Positions 1 to 11,692 of a stretch of 64,000 nucleotides of DNA are shown here, one piece after another. A program made the position numbers and the translations under genes. The notes under the pieces are model-generated. The model was not told the origin of the DNA, did no database searches, and was given only the letters and a program-made list of their open reading frames with translations. Source of the stretch: Octopus vulgaris (Eukaryota). The stretch lies in assembly GCA_951406725.2 (NCBI GenBank), contig OX597816.1, forward strand, positions 167,152,001 through 167,216,000. Direction: 5' to 3'. Within the stretch, counting starts at the first letter, position 1. Each line of letters starts with the position of its first letter.

Positions 1-112
1 TTTTGGTCGAGAAATTGGTACATCCTTTCAGTGAGGATGATGTAAGTATTTTGCACATAGTTGTCAAACAAGTGATTGGCCTGTACTTTTTTTGGGTTTT
101 CTTTGTCGCTTG
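1..112 (-). mobile_element. Non-LTR retrotransposon RT fragment (R4/Dong-like), part left of the hAT insertion
   Basis: Minus strand reads KENPK(frameshift)YRPITCLTTMCKILTS...ERMYQFLD, the YRPI motif of LINE RT. It continues the frame of 1727-1915 once the hAT and one TSD are removed. Confidence 0.7.
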
Positions 113-120
113 TTTTAGGG

Positions 121-1718
121 CAGTGGTTCCCAACCTTTTTGTGATCATGTACCACTTGAAGGTTTTGTACAGCCGCCGTGTACCACCTGGTTCCAGAAAA
201 ACTCAATTCGATCAGATATCAATTTAATCACAAGTAGAAAACACAAATGAACTAACAACAAAGAACACAACTTAATTTAATGTGAGGGCTGAATCTGTTT
301 CTTCTCCACCAGCTGGTCGACGTGGGGCATAACCTTGCTCACAGCGCATCGGAAATCTTGGCTGGGCCCAGCAAGATGCTTCTGGCTCTTCAATTTGGTG
401 GGCAGTAAGGCTGAAAACCCCTGCTCACACTCCCATGTAGAGGAGAAAATCAGTAGCTGGGGGCTAGCGTCAAGTATGAGAAGGCCATGCTTAGCCAGAG
501 GTTTATAGGAGAGCATTCTTTGTGTTTTGTCTTTGCTGTCTTGTCAGTCTGGATATCTATGAATTGTTGTTCTCCAGTCCTGACAGGCAACTCGGCTGGT
601 TCAATGGAGAATGGATTGGCAATGGAGGCACAACGTGTCATATCCGGGAAGTAATGCATCAACTCGGTCTTGAGCAGTGAGAGGTGATGGATAATTTTTG
701 GGGCAAATTCATCATTAGGCTCACTGTCAAGTGTAGTCAGGAGTTTGAACATTCCGTAGCGTTTGCTCTCCACATTCTTCAGCCACAGATCCAACTTCCG
801 GACAAGCGCTCCCAGCTTCGAGATCAACTCTGTGTCAGTGTAGTTGGGCCCTTGAAATGACAGTTTTAAGTGTGTGAGGGCTCCAAAAATGTCCGACAGG
901 TAGGCCAGCCTTGAGATAAACTCCTTGTCCTTCAGATCTTTTTGAAAATTGTGTTCCTTCTATGTGAAGAAGACAAGAAGTTTATCCCTCAGTTCAAAGA
1001 AATGCCTCGTCATATTACCCCCAGGACAGCCAGTGAACCTCTGTGGTAGAGGAGACAGACGTGATCAGAGCCAAAATCTTAGCAGAGCAGCTTGAACAGC
1101 TGAATATTCAGAGCCGATGTTTGGATGAAATTTACAATTCTTATAAATCGATTCAAGCATGGATAAAAGCTTTGGTGGGAGCACCTGAGCACAAAGGCGA
1201 ATCTGTGTATGAAACAATGGACAGCAGTGGTGTTTGATGACACAGCTTCCACATTGGCTTGAAAACTTGACTTTGAGGCTCTCACTCTCTCTATCACTTG
1301 GTCGGCAATGTTGACTGACATCTCCTCGATATGGTGCTGGACAGTGTTGTTAGAGACAGAAACACTCTCCAACTTTGCCGCCACTTCCTCTCCTGACCAA
1401 GATCTTTGCTGTTGGCATGACAAGAGACTCTGCAATGGTATGCATCTTCATGTTTTTGGCCACCAGGAGAGCAACTTCATAGGATGCTTTCACAATACCT
1501 GCCCTCTTCTGTTAGATCTGGCCACTGATCACTGTACACGGAGCGAATAAAAGGTAACCAATGGTATGTCTGTAATCGAAAAGTACTGATTACTGGTTGG
1601 TTGATTTGGATAGTATTCATCAAATTGGAAACGGTACAAACTAAAAATTTCATATTACCCTGAAAGTGCTCATGTACCACCTGGAAAGCCCTTATGTACC
1701 GCAGGTTGGGAATCGCTG
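121..1718 (-). mobile_element. hAT DNA transposon (Charlie/Buster, ZBED5/SCAND3-like), internally deleted, transposase pseudogenised
   Basis: TIRs cagtggttcccaacct (121-136) and aggttgggaatcgctg (1703-1718), 2 mismatches. 8-bp TSD ttttaggg/ctttaggg. Broken ORFs carry SNNTVQHHIEEMS, HCFIHR, LAYLSDIF, FSSTWECEQGFS and the terminal QIQPSH motif. Confidence 0.92.
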
Positions 1719-1726
1719 CTTTAGGG

Positions 1727-1915
1727 GGTAGATATGTTATTCCTAATGTGAACCAGTTTGGAGTCTTTTGAGGGGGTTTCTGATGATATTAGAGAAACCT
1801 TCCATTAACTGGCATTGTGATGATAAGAGATTATTAAGATTGAGATTTTATCACTGTCCAGGAGACTTCCACTTATGAGCTTTAGATAGAGCTTGAGTTC
1901 ATGCATTTTCATATT
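1727..1915 (-). mobile_element. Non-LTR retrotransposon RT fragment (R4/Dong-like), part right of the hAT insertion
   Basis: Minus strand reads ALSKAHKWKSPGQ...PNWFTLGITYLPPK, matching the KSPGxD...WxxxGxTxLxPK region just before YRPI. Clade assignment is from motif memory. Confidence 0.65.
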
Positions 1916-1999
1916 ATTCAATCCCTGGAGATCCAATCATTTGATTGTATTTGCTGCCCACCAGGGTGTTTAATGGTGGCCAGCTCTGCAGTTTCCTGG

Positions 2000-2600
2000 G
2001 GCTGATGACAAAGAGCTCTTGAAGCTTTTACTCCGAACTTTGTGGGGTAAGAATACAAATTGTCCCATGTAACCTCATCATGTCTCGGAGTTGACTTTAC
2101 GGTGTTGATCATTTTTGCTAGACAAAAAAAATGTTCACCAGCTGCTTTCATTAACTCCTGTAGGTTCTTGACTTTGGTGTGAGTTACGAAGGACTGGTTC
2201 TGGAGTGGTAATTTACGGAGGAAGATCTCTCTAAATAATAAACAAGGTTACTCACCAGGAGGCAGTAATGCCAGCATCCTATCCATTAGTTCAAAAGGCT
2301 TGGAATCGCCTAACCCATCAGTATACAATATCCTGGGCCTAGCTTCCTGATCTCTAAGCCGGAATGATATATAGTCTCACTTTTGCAAGTAACTGATGAT
2401 TTACTTAGGATGTCTAGCACCCTTGTTACTGTGTCCTGGTTCAGGGCTACTATTACGTAGGAATGTTTTGTGGGACTGAAGTTAATTTGCCTTCACCATA
2501 CATTAGCTTGGTTTGGCCAGAATTGTTGGAACTTAAGCATGATGGCATTTACACTTGTCATGATGTTTTCTATTTCTGGTTCACCAATTTTAACTTTGGG
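2000..2600 (-). mobile_element. Degenerate Ty3/Gypsy gag (DUF7041-type) remnant
   Basis: ATG at 2561 opens MTSVNAIMLKFQQFWPNQANVW. Across frameshifts it continues HSYVIVALNQDTVTRVLDIL, GLGDSKPFELMDRMLALLP, CLLFREIFLRKLP and a decayed CxxHxKFGxKA knuckle (YSYPTKFGVKAS). A PBS-like TGGTGA lies at about 2581-2586. Confidence 0.75.
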
Positions 2601-4619
2601 CTACTGTACATAAAAATAACCACAAACAAGAATGTAATCCGCCATCCAACCAGAAGTCCCTTCTCTGCCAACCAGATTGATAACTAGTTTGCAGTAAAGG
2701 TCCTTATCTACAGTTTATCTCTTGGAGTTCATGGGCAGTGCCCTACACCTGACGCTCAAATGATTCAACCGGCTTGAATGTATTACTTCTTCTTCAAAGC
2801 AAAATCAGCTTTGAATTCATGATGACCTCAGTTATTTGGTCTGGTGATTCATTTGACCATATTTTAACCAGTATTTCCATGTGGTGTCCAATTCTGCCAC
2901 TTTTCATTTGATTATATTTCTGGTTTACTGTATTTTTCTAGTTTACTGTATTTGATGGCATATAAGACACACATGGTAGAGGTTTAAAAAATGCACTAAA
3001 ACGTTATATTCCTGAATAATATATATCACTGAAATTAAGGTGCATCTAATATACCTGAGGATGTTTTATTCCATCTTGACAGTCAATAATGAAAGTATTT
3101 AAAAAACGGAAGTAGTCCATAATGGAATTATTTATGTCTTCCATTATATCCTTTCATAATTAAGATTATTGACTGTAAATTGATAGGATACATATTCGGA
3201 TTACATTCTAGAAAGTTGTTGGTCACTGATCTGTTCAAATGACATCACTATGAGTAAAACAAAAAAAACTCCAAAAAACCCAGCAATGCTAATAATAATA
3301 ACTCTTCTTAATTTGAGTATAAGACGAGCAATTTTGAGGAAGCAGAACCCGATTGCATTGGTCCCAGTACTCAGCTGGTATTTATTTTATTGACCCCCCC
3401 CACCATTATAATTATTCTTATACAAAAAGACCTCATCACTATCAACAAAGCCATTATTGCTTCGTAAGCCTTTGTTGCTATGGTAACAGTTTGGTCCTGG
3501 ATCAAATATACGTCGTCACAAAATGGGGTGCATATTTACTGGGAAATTTGGTAAAGTGTATCCAAAACAGCAGGGATTTCATTATCATCAGAAAGAAGTC
3601 CTTTTCTGTAATTTTATTGTTTTTTTTTTTTTCTTAATCTGATGAAGACCTAAAGGCATCCAGCCATAGAAACCATGCCAAAGCTGACAGTAGGAGCTTG
3701 GTGCTGTCCCCTGATTTTCCAGCTCCTGTCAAACCACCCAACCCATCCATGCTGCCGGCATGGAAAACATGTTAAATGATGATGATGATGTAGGATGTCA
3801 CATGGATGTAACTCAGTGGTTGGGTGTTTGCTTTGCATGTAAAAAGCCTTGGGTTCAATCCCTGACATTTGCATACCATCTAATTTTATGTCCACCCCAG
3901 GCCAAAATAGAGGTATTAAATTATCAGTAAACAAAAATAAACAAATTGTTTATCATTAAACAAAAAAATTGTCATATGAAGAATATATGTAGATTTTATT
4001 AAAAGATATCCATTTTTCTGAAAGTTATGAGAAAGCGAAATCAAAGAGGCACACTTGTGTAGGAGTGCCTACAAAGTATGTAGAGTTAGTCGGAGGTTTG
4101 GCTGTTATTTCTAGCTTGTCGAGAGACCGCTTCAAAGCCTATTTAATGCATGGGTTGGAAAACCCTAGAAGGTTAAAAAGCACCCACTGCACTCTCAGAG
4201 TGGTTGGCATTAAGATGGGCATCCAGCTGTAGAAACCTTGCTAACTCAGACTGGAGCCTGGTGCAGCTGTTGGCTCTCCAGACCAGTTAAACCATCCAAA
4301 CCATGCCAGCATGGAAAACAGATGTTAAATGATGATGATGATGATGATGATTTCATTTTGTTCTTTTTTTAAATATTGGAAAGCAGTTTGTCATAATTTG
4401 GGGATTTTTGGTCTAAAGGAACCAGATTTATAAACATAGGTGCAGGCATGGCTATGTAGTAAGAAGCTTACTTCCCAACCACATGGTTACGGGTTCAGCC
4501 CTACTGTGTGGCATCTTGGGCAAGTGTCTATACTATAGCCTTGGGCTGCCCAAAGCCTTATGAGAGGATTTGGTAGAAGGGAACTGAAAGAAGCCTGTTG
4601 TGTATATATATATATATAT

Positions 4620-4930
4620 ATATAAATTAAAGGTTACAAACCTCATTAAGGGATATTGAAATCCTATGAAAGTACTGGTTAGTGACCTATATAAAGAATG
4701 TTGATCATTACAACTAATATTCAGCTGTAAGTTAACTATATAAACCATGGTTTATATAGTTAAGATAAGAAAATAGACTATTAATAAATTATTTATTAAT
4801 TAAAAAAATTGACATCTCTTACAGCTGTTTCAATTCTAGATCTTCAGAAAATTAACAAAATTAAAAATTACTTGAAAGTTGACTCTTGTCAGAGGTAGTT
4901 TAAGATATACAAAATAGGTGTTCAGTTCCC
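4620..4930. mobile_element. AT-rich Penelope-like terminal repeat fragment next to (TA)n
   Basis: Starts at a (TA)n run. Contains GAAACAGCTGTA on the minus strand (hammerhead-type motif typical of Penelope-like repeats) and internal palindromes. Confidence 0.4.
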
Positions 4931-5579
4931 ACATGTTGAATATAAGGCTGCAAACCGTTGACGGTTCTGTTTATATGGCTGCAAATCATTAATGGTCCTG
5001 TTTATATTCTATATTTTTGGAGACACAAGTACCACATTGGTTGTATATTCTATGAGAAAAGAGCTGGCACTCTTTTTGTCTGTTCTTTTGTCATAGAACA
5101 TACAGTCATATACCTTGATAATTTGCAGATGAACGGCTTCTAACTTAGGGGTTGCTGCCAAAATTAAGTCCTGGCATAAGTCATAAAATGGTCACAAACA
5201 CAAAAATCTTTTTACATTTTAAATATTTATGCATTTGTTTTGTAAAATTGTGTGTTGGAACAAATATTGTTATATTTGGTGACGGTCATTTTGCTAATAA
5301 ACACCTGCAATATTTAACTTTCACTTCAGCTTTATTATTATTATTATTATCATTTATTGCTTATTTTGTCAAAACTTTTGTTACACATTCTATGAACTGC
5401 TCAATGACTATTTGACCTTTGTGTCTCCTCTTCTCTCTGGTCTTGTCCTGTTTATTCCATCTGGTCTGTACTTCTGTGTGTTCGGCATGTGTATGTGTGC
5501 ATGTGTAGGTTTGTATATTGCAGTTTATGTCTGTCTTTTTTTCTTTTTTTTTTTTCTGTGCCCTATGCTGTCTTTAGTC

Positions 5580-5775
5580 CAGTGGTTTTCAACCAGGGTT
5601 CCACCAGTACAGTGCGGGGGTTCCGCAAGAAGTTACAAAACTGCTAAAATCGGCAGTAGTTTTTAAGTCTCCTGTGCAGATATGTGTTCATAAGACTATT
5701 AAATTATTGCACAGGGGTTCCTCGAGCCAGTGTTTCCTTGGGGTTCCGCTCCAGCAAAAAGTTTGAAAAGCACTG
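5580..5775. mobile_element. hAT MITE (Charlie-like), 196 bp
   Basis: Ends cagtggttttcaac and gtttgaaaagcactg. Perfect 8-bp TSD ctttagtc at 5572-5579 and 5776-5783. Confidence 0.9.
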
Positions 5776-5825
5776 CTTTAGTCATTTGGTTGTGGGATGG
5801 GTGTTATACCCTTCATGTTTTCAAA

Positions 5826-6205
5826 ATCGCTGGCGTGGCCAATGACTACCGCCTGATTGGCACTTGTGCTAATGGAACGTTAAAAGCATATCCGAGGGTG
5901 ATCGTTGCTAGGGCCACGGATTGGCTCCTGTACCGGTGGCACGTAAAAAGCACCATTCGAGCATGATCGTTGCCAGCGTCGCCTTACTGGCACATACTGA
6001 TGGCACATGAAAAACATTTGAGTGTGGTCGTTGCCAGACTGGCTCCCGTGCAGGTAGCACGTAAAAAACACCTTTTGAGTGTGGTTGTTGCCAGAACCAC
6101 CTGATTGACCCTCATGCCAGTGGCATGTAAAAATACGCACTACACTTACAGAGTGGTTGGTGTTAGGAAGGGCATCCAGCTGTAGAATCTTTGCCAGATC
6201 AGAAT
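5826..6205 (+). repeat. SINE-associated tandem array (about 55-60 bp unit, about 5 copies) followed by the aggaagggcatccagc SINE body
   Basis: Repeated ggcacgtaaaaagcaccattcgag..gatcgttgccag units. The same unit recurs at 21915-22045 and, inverted, at 45460-45550. Confidence 0.75.
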
Positions 6206-6380
6206 AAGTCTTGGGGTTGATTTTTCTCGACTAAAGGCGGTGCTCCAACATGGCCACAGTCAAATGACTGAAACAAGTAAAAAAGTATACTTTAAGTTAT
6301 GGTTTCAGTTCAGGTGTCCCGCTGAATTTTGAAAAGAATGTAAGTGTACCACAAGAGGGAAAAGTTGCAGATTCACTGCT

Positions 6381-6607
6381 TTAACCCTTTAGTATTTAAA
6401 CCGGCCATATCCGGTCAAAATAGTTAATCTGTTTTATGTTCAAACTGACCAGATCCAGGCTCTCACACCTACCCTACAATGTTATTCTACATTAAGTAAT
6501 TACACCATCAAGGTCTTGAAGATATGAGATAATGCATGATTAATTCAAATCAATGGGAATCAATAAGCATTATGTTTGATAGAATAATCTGAACACTAAA
6601 GGGTTAA
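6381..6607. mobile_element. piggyBac-like MITE family A (about 225 bp)
   Basis: TTAA-CCCTTTAG ... CTAAAGGG-TTAA ends. Very similar inverted copy at 23497-23723 and older copies near 11040-11236, 16937-17157 and 25152-25357. Confidence 0.8.
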
Positions 6608-7488
6608 ACAATGAGGTTATGTAAGAAAAAAAACATCTACAAGCTTTTAAAAATATTTGTGAAGAATTCAATTGTAAATTGTGTGGCACAAGTCGGTGTG
6701 TATATGTATGTATGTATATGTGTGTGTGCGCGTGTATAGATGACAGAAATAAAATCTTTGTTGTTTATCATGACCTCACCTAATTTATCTTATCTAGAAA
6801 CTTGTTACGAATTCACTTAACGAGGTGTAGTCATGTACCAGACTGGAGTATTAAATAACATCCGATGGAGTCAACTTCCCTTGGTTGACAACTGAAAGTA
6901 AACAGGAAAATATATTGAGCTTTTGTAGAAGCTGCTGTAGGTACAAGAGAATGTATCTGTCACAAGTTTGGTGTCTCTAGTCAAATATCTTCAGCATGAC
7001 TGCACTAATTCTACATTCTTAGTGGCATCTGAATGAAACCTAAGCCATTTTCTGTAACCAAATTAATGTTTCTCCTCTCTCTTCATTTGTAGAAATCACT
7101 TTTATTTTATTTGGCTTGCCTGCCTTTGTTACATGAAACTGAAAAATGGTGTTAAAAGTGTCGTTTGATGAACTTTTATGTATAAGTTTTATGTTCAACT
7201 CTTTTGCTATTATTAACCTGCTTGAAACCACACTTGGTTCTTTGACAGAAACTTCCTGTTGTGATCTAAATTAAAACAACATCATCATCATTGTTTAGCA
7301 TCCGCTTCCCATGGGTTGGACGGTTCAACTGGGGTCTTGGAAGCCAGAAGGCTGCACCAGGCCCAGTCTGATCTGGCAAAGTTTCTACGGCTGGATGCCC
7401 TTCCTAATGCCAACCACTCCGTGAGTGTAGTGGGTGCTTTTTACGTGCCACCGGCATACCATCAAAATTTCCTGTTAATATATTCTAA

Positions 7489-7741
7489 TCTAATGATAAA
7501 TAGATGCACCCTTTTAAAGCCAAGCCAGGCTCACGGGCCCAGTTTCTATGGCGTATGTGTTCCCCAGCTGGACAGGCCGCCAGTCCATTGCAGCGTTACT
7601 CATTTTTGCCAGCTGAGTGGACTGGAGCAACGTGAAATGAAGTATTTTGCTCAAGAACACGTGTCGCCTGGTCCAGGAATCGAAACCACAATCTTACGAT
7701 CATGGTGCTGACACCCTAACCACTAAGCCACGCACCTCCAC
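7489..7741 (-). mobile_element. tRNA-derived SINE with V-domain-like core
   Basis: Minus-strand head ggaggtgcgtggcttagtggttaggg with A/B boxes, tgcaatggactggcggcctgtccag motif, and 12-bp TSD aatatattctaa (7477-7488 and 7742-7753). Confidence 0.85.
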
Positions 7742-7974
7742 AATATATTCTAAACATTAGCTTAATAAGAATAAATCATAGATATAAGCATGGCTGGGGG
7801 ATTAAGAACCTTGCTTCCTATTCGGGTGGTCCCACTGTGTGGGACCTTAGGCAAGTGTCTTCTATTATAGCTCTGACAGACCAATGCCTTGTAAGTGGAT
7901 TTAGTAGATGGAAACAAAGAAGCGTGCCTATATGTATGTACCTTTCTCTTGATTAAACATCCATCAGATGTGTG

Positions 7975-8188
7975 GCCAGGGAACCAGTATCACATTGATG
8001 ATGTCATATCTGCTGTTGATGACTTTTATAACCAAGAGAATGAAAGCTTCACACGAGATGCAAGCATTGCATTGCCAATGGAATAAGTGTGTGGACCACA
8101 AGGGGGAACTATGTTGAAAAATAAACCTCATTTGGTCACATTCCATGAGAGTATCTTAGCCTATGAACTTTCCAGCCAACCCTCCTGT
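7975..8188 (+). mobile_element. Mariner transposase 3' end and right terminus, degenerate
   Basis: DDVISAVDDFYNQENESF then, after a frameshift, QWNKCVDHKG.YVEK*, the WxKCVxxxGxYVEK C-terminus of Mos1/SETMAR-type mariners. Followed by a TIR-like end and TA. Confidence 0.8.
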
Positions 8189-8718
8189 ATCAATGTTCAT
8201 TTATCATAAAAATCAACTTTACATTAATCTGATGGGTTTATCACTGTTCAATGCCTGTTCTCCATGCTGGCATGGGTTGGACTGTTCGACAAGAGCTGGC
8301 AAGCTGCACCAGGCTCCAATTGTCTGATTTAGCATGGTTTCTATGGCTGAATACCTTTCTTAACACCAACCATTTTATAGTGTACTGGATTCTTGTAATG
8401 TAGTAGTGGCACTAGTGCTTTTATGTGACTATCATGGATGCTTCTACATGGCTGCAGAACCTCTGAGCCTGCAAGATTAGGATCTTTCGGCTGAGAGTGG
8501 GATGTAGAGGACATGCTTACTTAGCGTGACATGTCTTCCTGAATCCAGCAAACCATCAGAAGTCACAGTCTATTGTCATCCCCTCTGTGAAGCCTTTGTC
8601 CCATGTCTTACTGGATCTTCCACACGTTGCCTCAAGAGATTAACACCTTGATGCAGCTGTCCTCATTCATATGTATCACATGAGCATACACCAACACATT
8701 GGACATGTATATGAGTAA

Positions 8719-8954
8719 GGTGGCGAGCTGGCAGAAACGTTAGCACGCCGGGCGAAATGCGTTGCCGTATTTCGTCTGCCGGCACATTCCGAGTTCAAAT
8801 TCCGCCGAGGTCAACTTTGCCTTTCATCCTTCCGGGGTCGATAAATTAAGTACCAGTTACGCACTGGGGCCGATGTAATCGACTTAATCCCTTTGTCTGT
8901 CCGTCCTTGTTTGTCTCCTCTGTGTTTAGCCCCTTGTGGGTAGTAAAGAAATAA
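8719..8954 (+). mobile_element. SINE with Nin/Deu-like core (gcctttcatccttccggggtcgataaa), full length
   Basis: tRNA-like head with gagttcaaattcc B-box and a 12-bp TSD atatgagtaagg (8709-8720 and 8955-8966). Many other copies in the window. Confidence 0.85.
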
Positions 8955-11661
8955 ATATGAGTAAGGAGAGAGAGAAAACCTATCCAACCCATGCTAGCAA
9001 AGAAAACCACAAGAAACAATCATAATGGCAGGCACATATACGAAATGACACACACACAATGTTTATGTTCAAAAACATAAAAATGAGGAGAGAACACTTG
9101 GTGAGATTTTATTTGAAACATATGTCTTTTATTGAATCAACCTTTAAATGAATAAATCTCAGCCACAGCAGCAGTGTTTCTAAGATATTTACTATTACGA
9201 AAAAAAAAAAAACAAAACATAAAACTGTAGTCTTGTTGTTATGGATGTTTTGGTGAACTGAACATTATTTGCTGATGGAAGAAACATGATTAGTTTTGGG
9301 TGTTAAGAAACGGCTTTGGTTTGTAATGGAAAGAGTGGGCAAAAGCTGTATTTTGTGGCCTCCAAAAAAAGGCCAACAGTTTTCAAAATTATAATTGATT
9401 TTTAATAGTTATCAGTAATCATAGTATTAGTAATTTGTAGAAAGGTAGGGGTGAAGAAAACCCAAGAGAAGTTAGATTTATAATAAATCGAATATAACTT
9501 ATTTTGAGTGAAATTTTTTTTTTTTTTCTGTGATCTATATGGAGGGTAAAAAAGCCCCAAAAGACTTTAATTAGATTAGTTAGAGTATGGTGTGTTTTGA
9601 TAGAAGGTATACTGGCCCTGTTAATGATAAATAAATAGCCTATGAACATAATAATGGTTTATAAATAGGGGTAAAGTTAATTTGGAGGGAAGTTTTTATC
9701 GCATTTTAGCTTTTCTGTTTCGCTTCTGAACTAATTAATTTAATTAGAAAGCTGTCTTCAGTTTTGATGAAGACATCCACATCACTTTCAGGAGTACAAT
9801 GGATTTGTAAATAGAAATATTTTAAAGTTTCAAATCTCTGCAGGCAATGAAGATGATGTCATCTCCTTCAAATAACAACTGGCTCATTCTTTATTGTAAC
9901 AACAGCGCTGCTGCCAACAAGCTATATTGAACCCTGTATCTAGAAGTTTGCTTCTTTCTTATCAAGCGTGACAAGTCCTCCCTCCATCCACCTCTCACAA
10001 AGAGTAAATTCCTGAAACACGAATTCGAAATATGGTGGTAAATTTTTTTTTTTTTTTTTTTTAAATAAATTTAATTGAAACCCAGGAACAAACTAAACGG
10101 TGCTGTTTGGATTGCCAGAGAAGATTGAATGATCAACGTACCTTCTCTCGTTCATTCTTGTGAGAATTGTGGATAGAATATTTAAGTACTTCAAAAACAG
10201 TATTTATGATAGATTACTGTTCATAGTAGTGGTTTCAAATTTTGGTATAAAACCAGTAATTTTGAGAGGAACGGGGTGAGTTGATTACCTTGACCCCCAG
10301 CGCTCATCTGGATACTTCATTTTATTGAACCCTTGAATGATGACAGGTAAAGTCAACCTTCGTGCCATTTGAACTTGGAACATGAAGAGCTACTAAACAT
10401 TTTGTCTTTACGTTCTGAGTTCAAATTCCACTGAGGTTGATTTTTGCCTTTCATTCTTTCGGGGTCAACAAAAGAAGTAGCAATTGGGTCTTGGAGTTGA
10501 TGGAATTATTTTCCCCGCACTCCACAAACTTGCTGGCTTCATGCCAGATTTTGAAAGCAATAATAAATATTACAATAACCCCACTCCCTCTACTGACTGC
10601 CACAGATACTTAGATACGAAAACAATTCCTGGCAGCTCAAGAGAAAAGCTTTACCAATTCAACCAAAGAACAAAATACTGAGTAGTGTCATCATTTTAAT
10701 TCCTTTTAAAGCTAAAAACTAACATTTTTAACAAATATTAAAGTCATTAAAAATTGACAAACACTTGGAACATACAATAAGGTTTGCTTTTCTTTGTTCC
10801 TCTTTGTAAATTTGATGAAGTACTTCTATAACAGTTGGTGTAGGAGATATAAAGATCAACTTATGCAATGTTCTTCAAGGGTTTTATCACTTGTTTCTGA
10901 GAGACAGCTTCCTTAGTGACATAGACCAGTTGTTAGCTATCTAGACTAAGATGCTATTATGTAGCTACATGTGCAAATGTGGCCTCTGCCCCAGATCTCG
11001 GTCAGTGACTGACTAAACCTTCACCTCATTAACAAAGGTTCAGTCCTTCAGCATATAATCTGGCCCAAATATTTCACTTGTTTTATGTCCAATATAGGCC
11101 AGATCCAATCTTTCACACCTACCCTACATTGTCATTCTAAAAATAAGCATTCATATCAAAATCTCGAAGCTACGAGATAATACACGATTAATTCAAACAA
11201 TGCATTTGGGTGAGTAATCTGAATGCTAAAGGGTTTTAGAGAAAGTCGCAGATCTAAGAAGATAATAGAAACAAAATAATCGCCAAAAGCTGCTGTAATC
11301 CTCCAGGAGAACCTATGTAGTTTTGAATTTACTGCATTAAAAAATACAATTGGGAAAGAGAGATTTATTGGTTAATGGCAAGATTTTAAGCTTTGTTTCA
11401 CATTTAGATGTTTCTTTCGGGGGAGAGGGCCCATATGCAAAATCTTGTCTTGACAAAGGTGTTTTACTTGACATTTTTGAAGGAAGTTGGGACCCCTTCC
11501 CCTCTTGCTGAAGCAAGAATCTTTAAAATATGGCTATTTTCCTATGCAATCCACACAATATTGCTTAACTTTAACACTCCTGCTTAAGTTGGAACAAAAT
11601 ATGTTTCTGATAATAATTGTCTTTTGTATACCAAAGGAGAGAAATGAAACGCGAGTGTGTA

Positions 11662-11692
<31 letters not shown>

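Noticed and set aside
3353-3637. 94-aa ORF as part of a neighbouring gene
   Set aside because: It begins in a SINE fragment, has no recognisable motif and no clear splice pair on either strand.
5826-6140. Regularly spaced repeats suggesting a CRISPR array
   Set aside because: The 'spacers' resemble each other, the unit is part of a SINE, there are no cas genes and the context is eukaryotic.
9370-9760. Strand-skewed AT-rich stretch resembling a mitochondrial insertion
   Set aside because: I could not match it to any mitochondrial gene under either genetic code. More likely UTR or intergenic; BLAST against the mitogenome would settle it.
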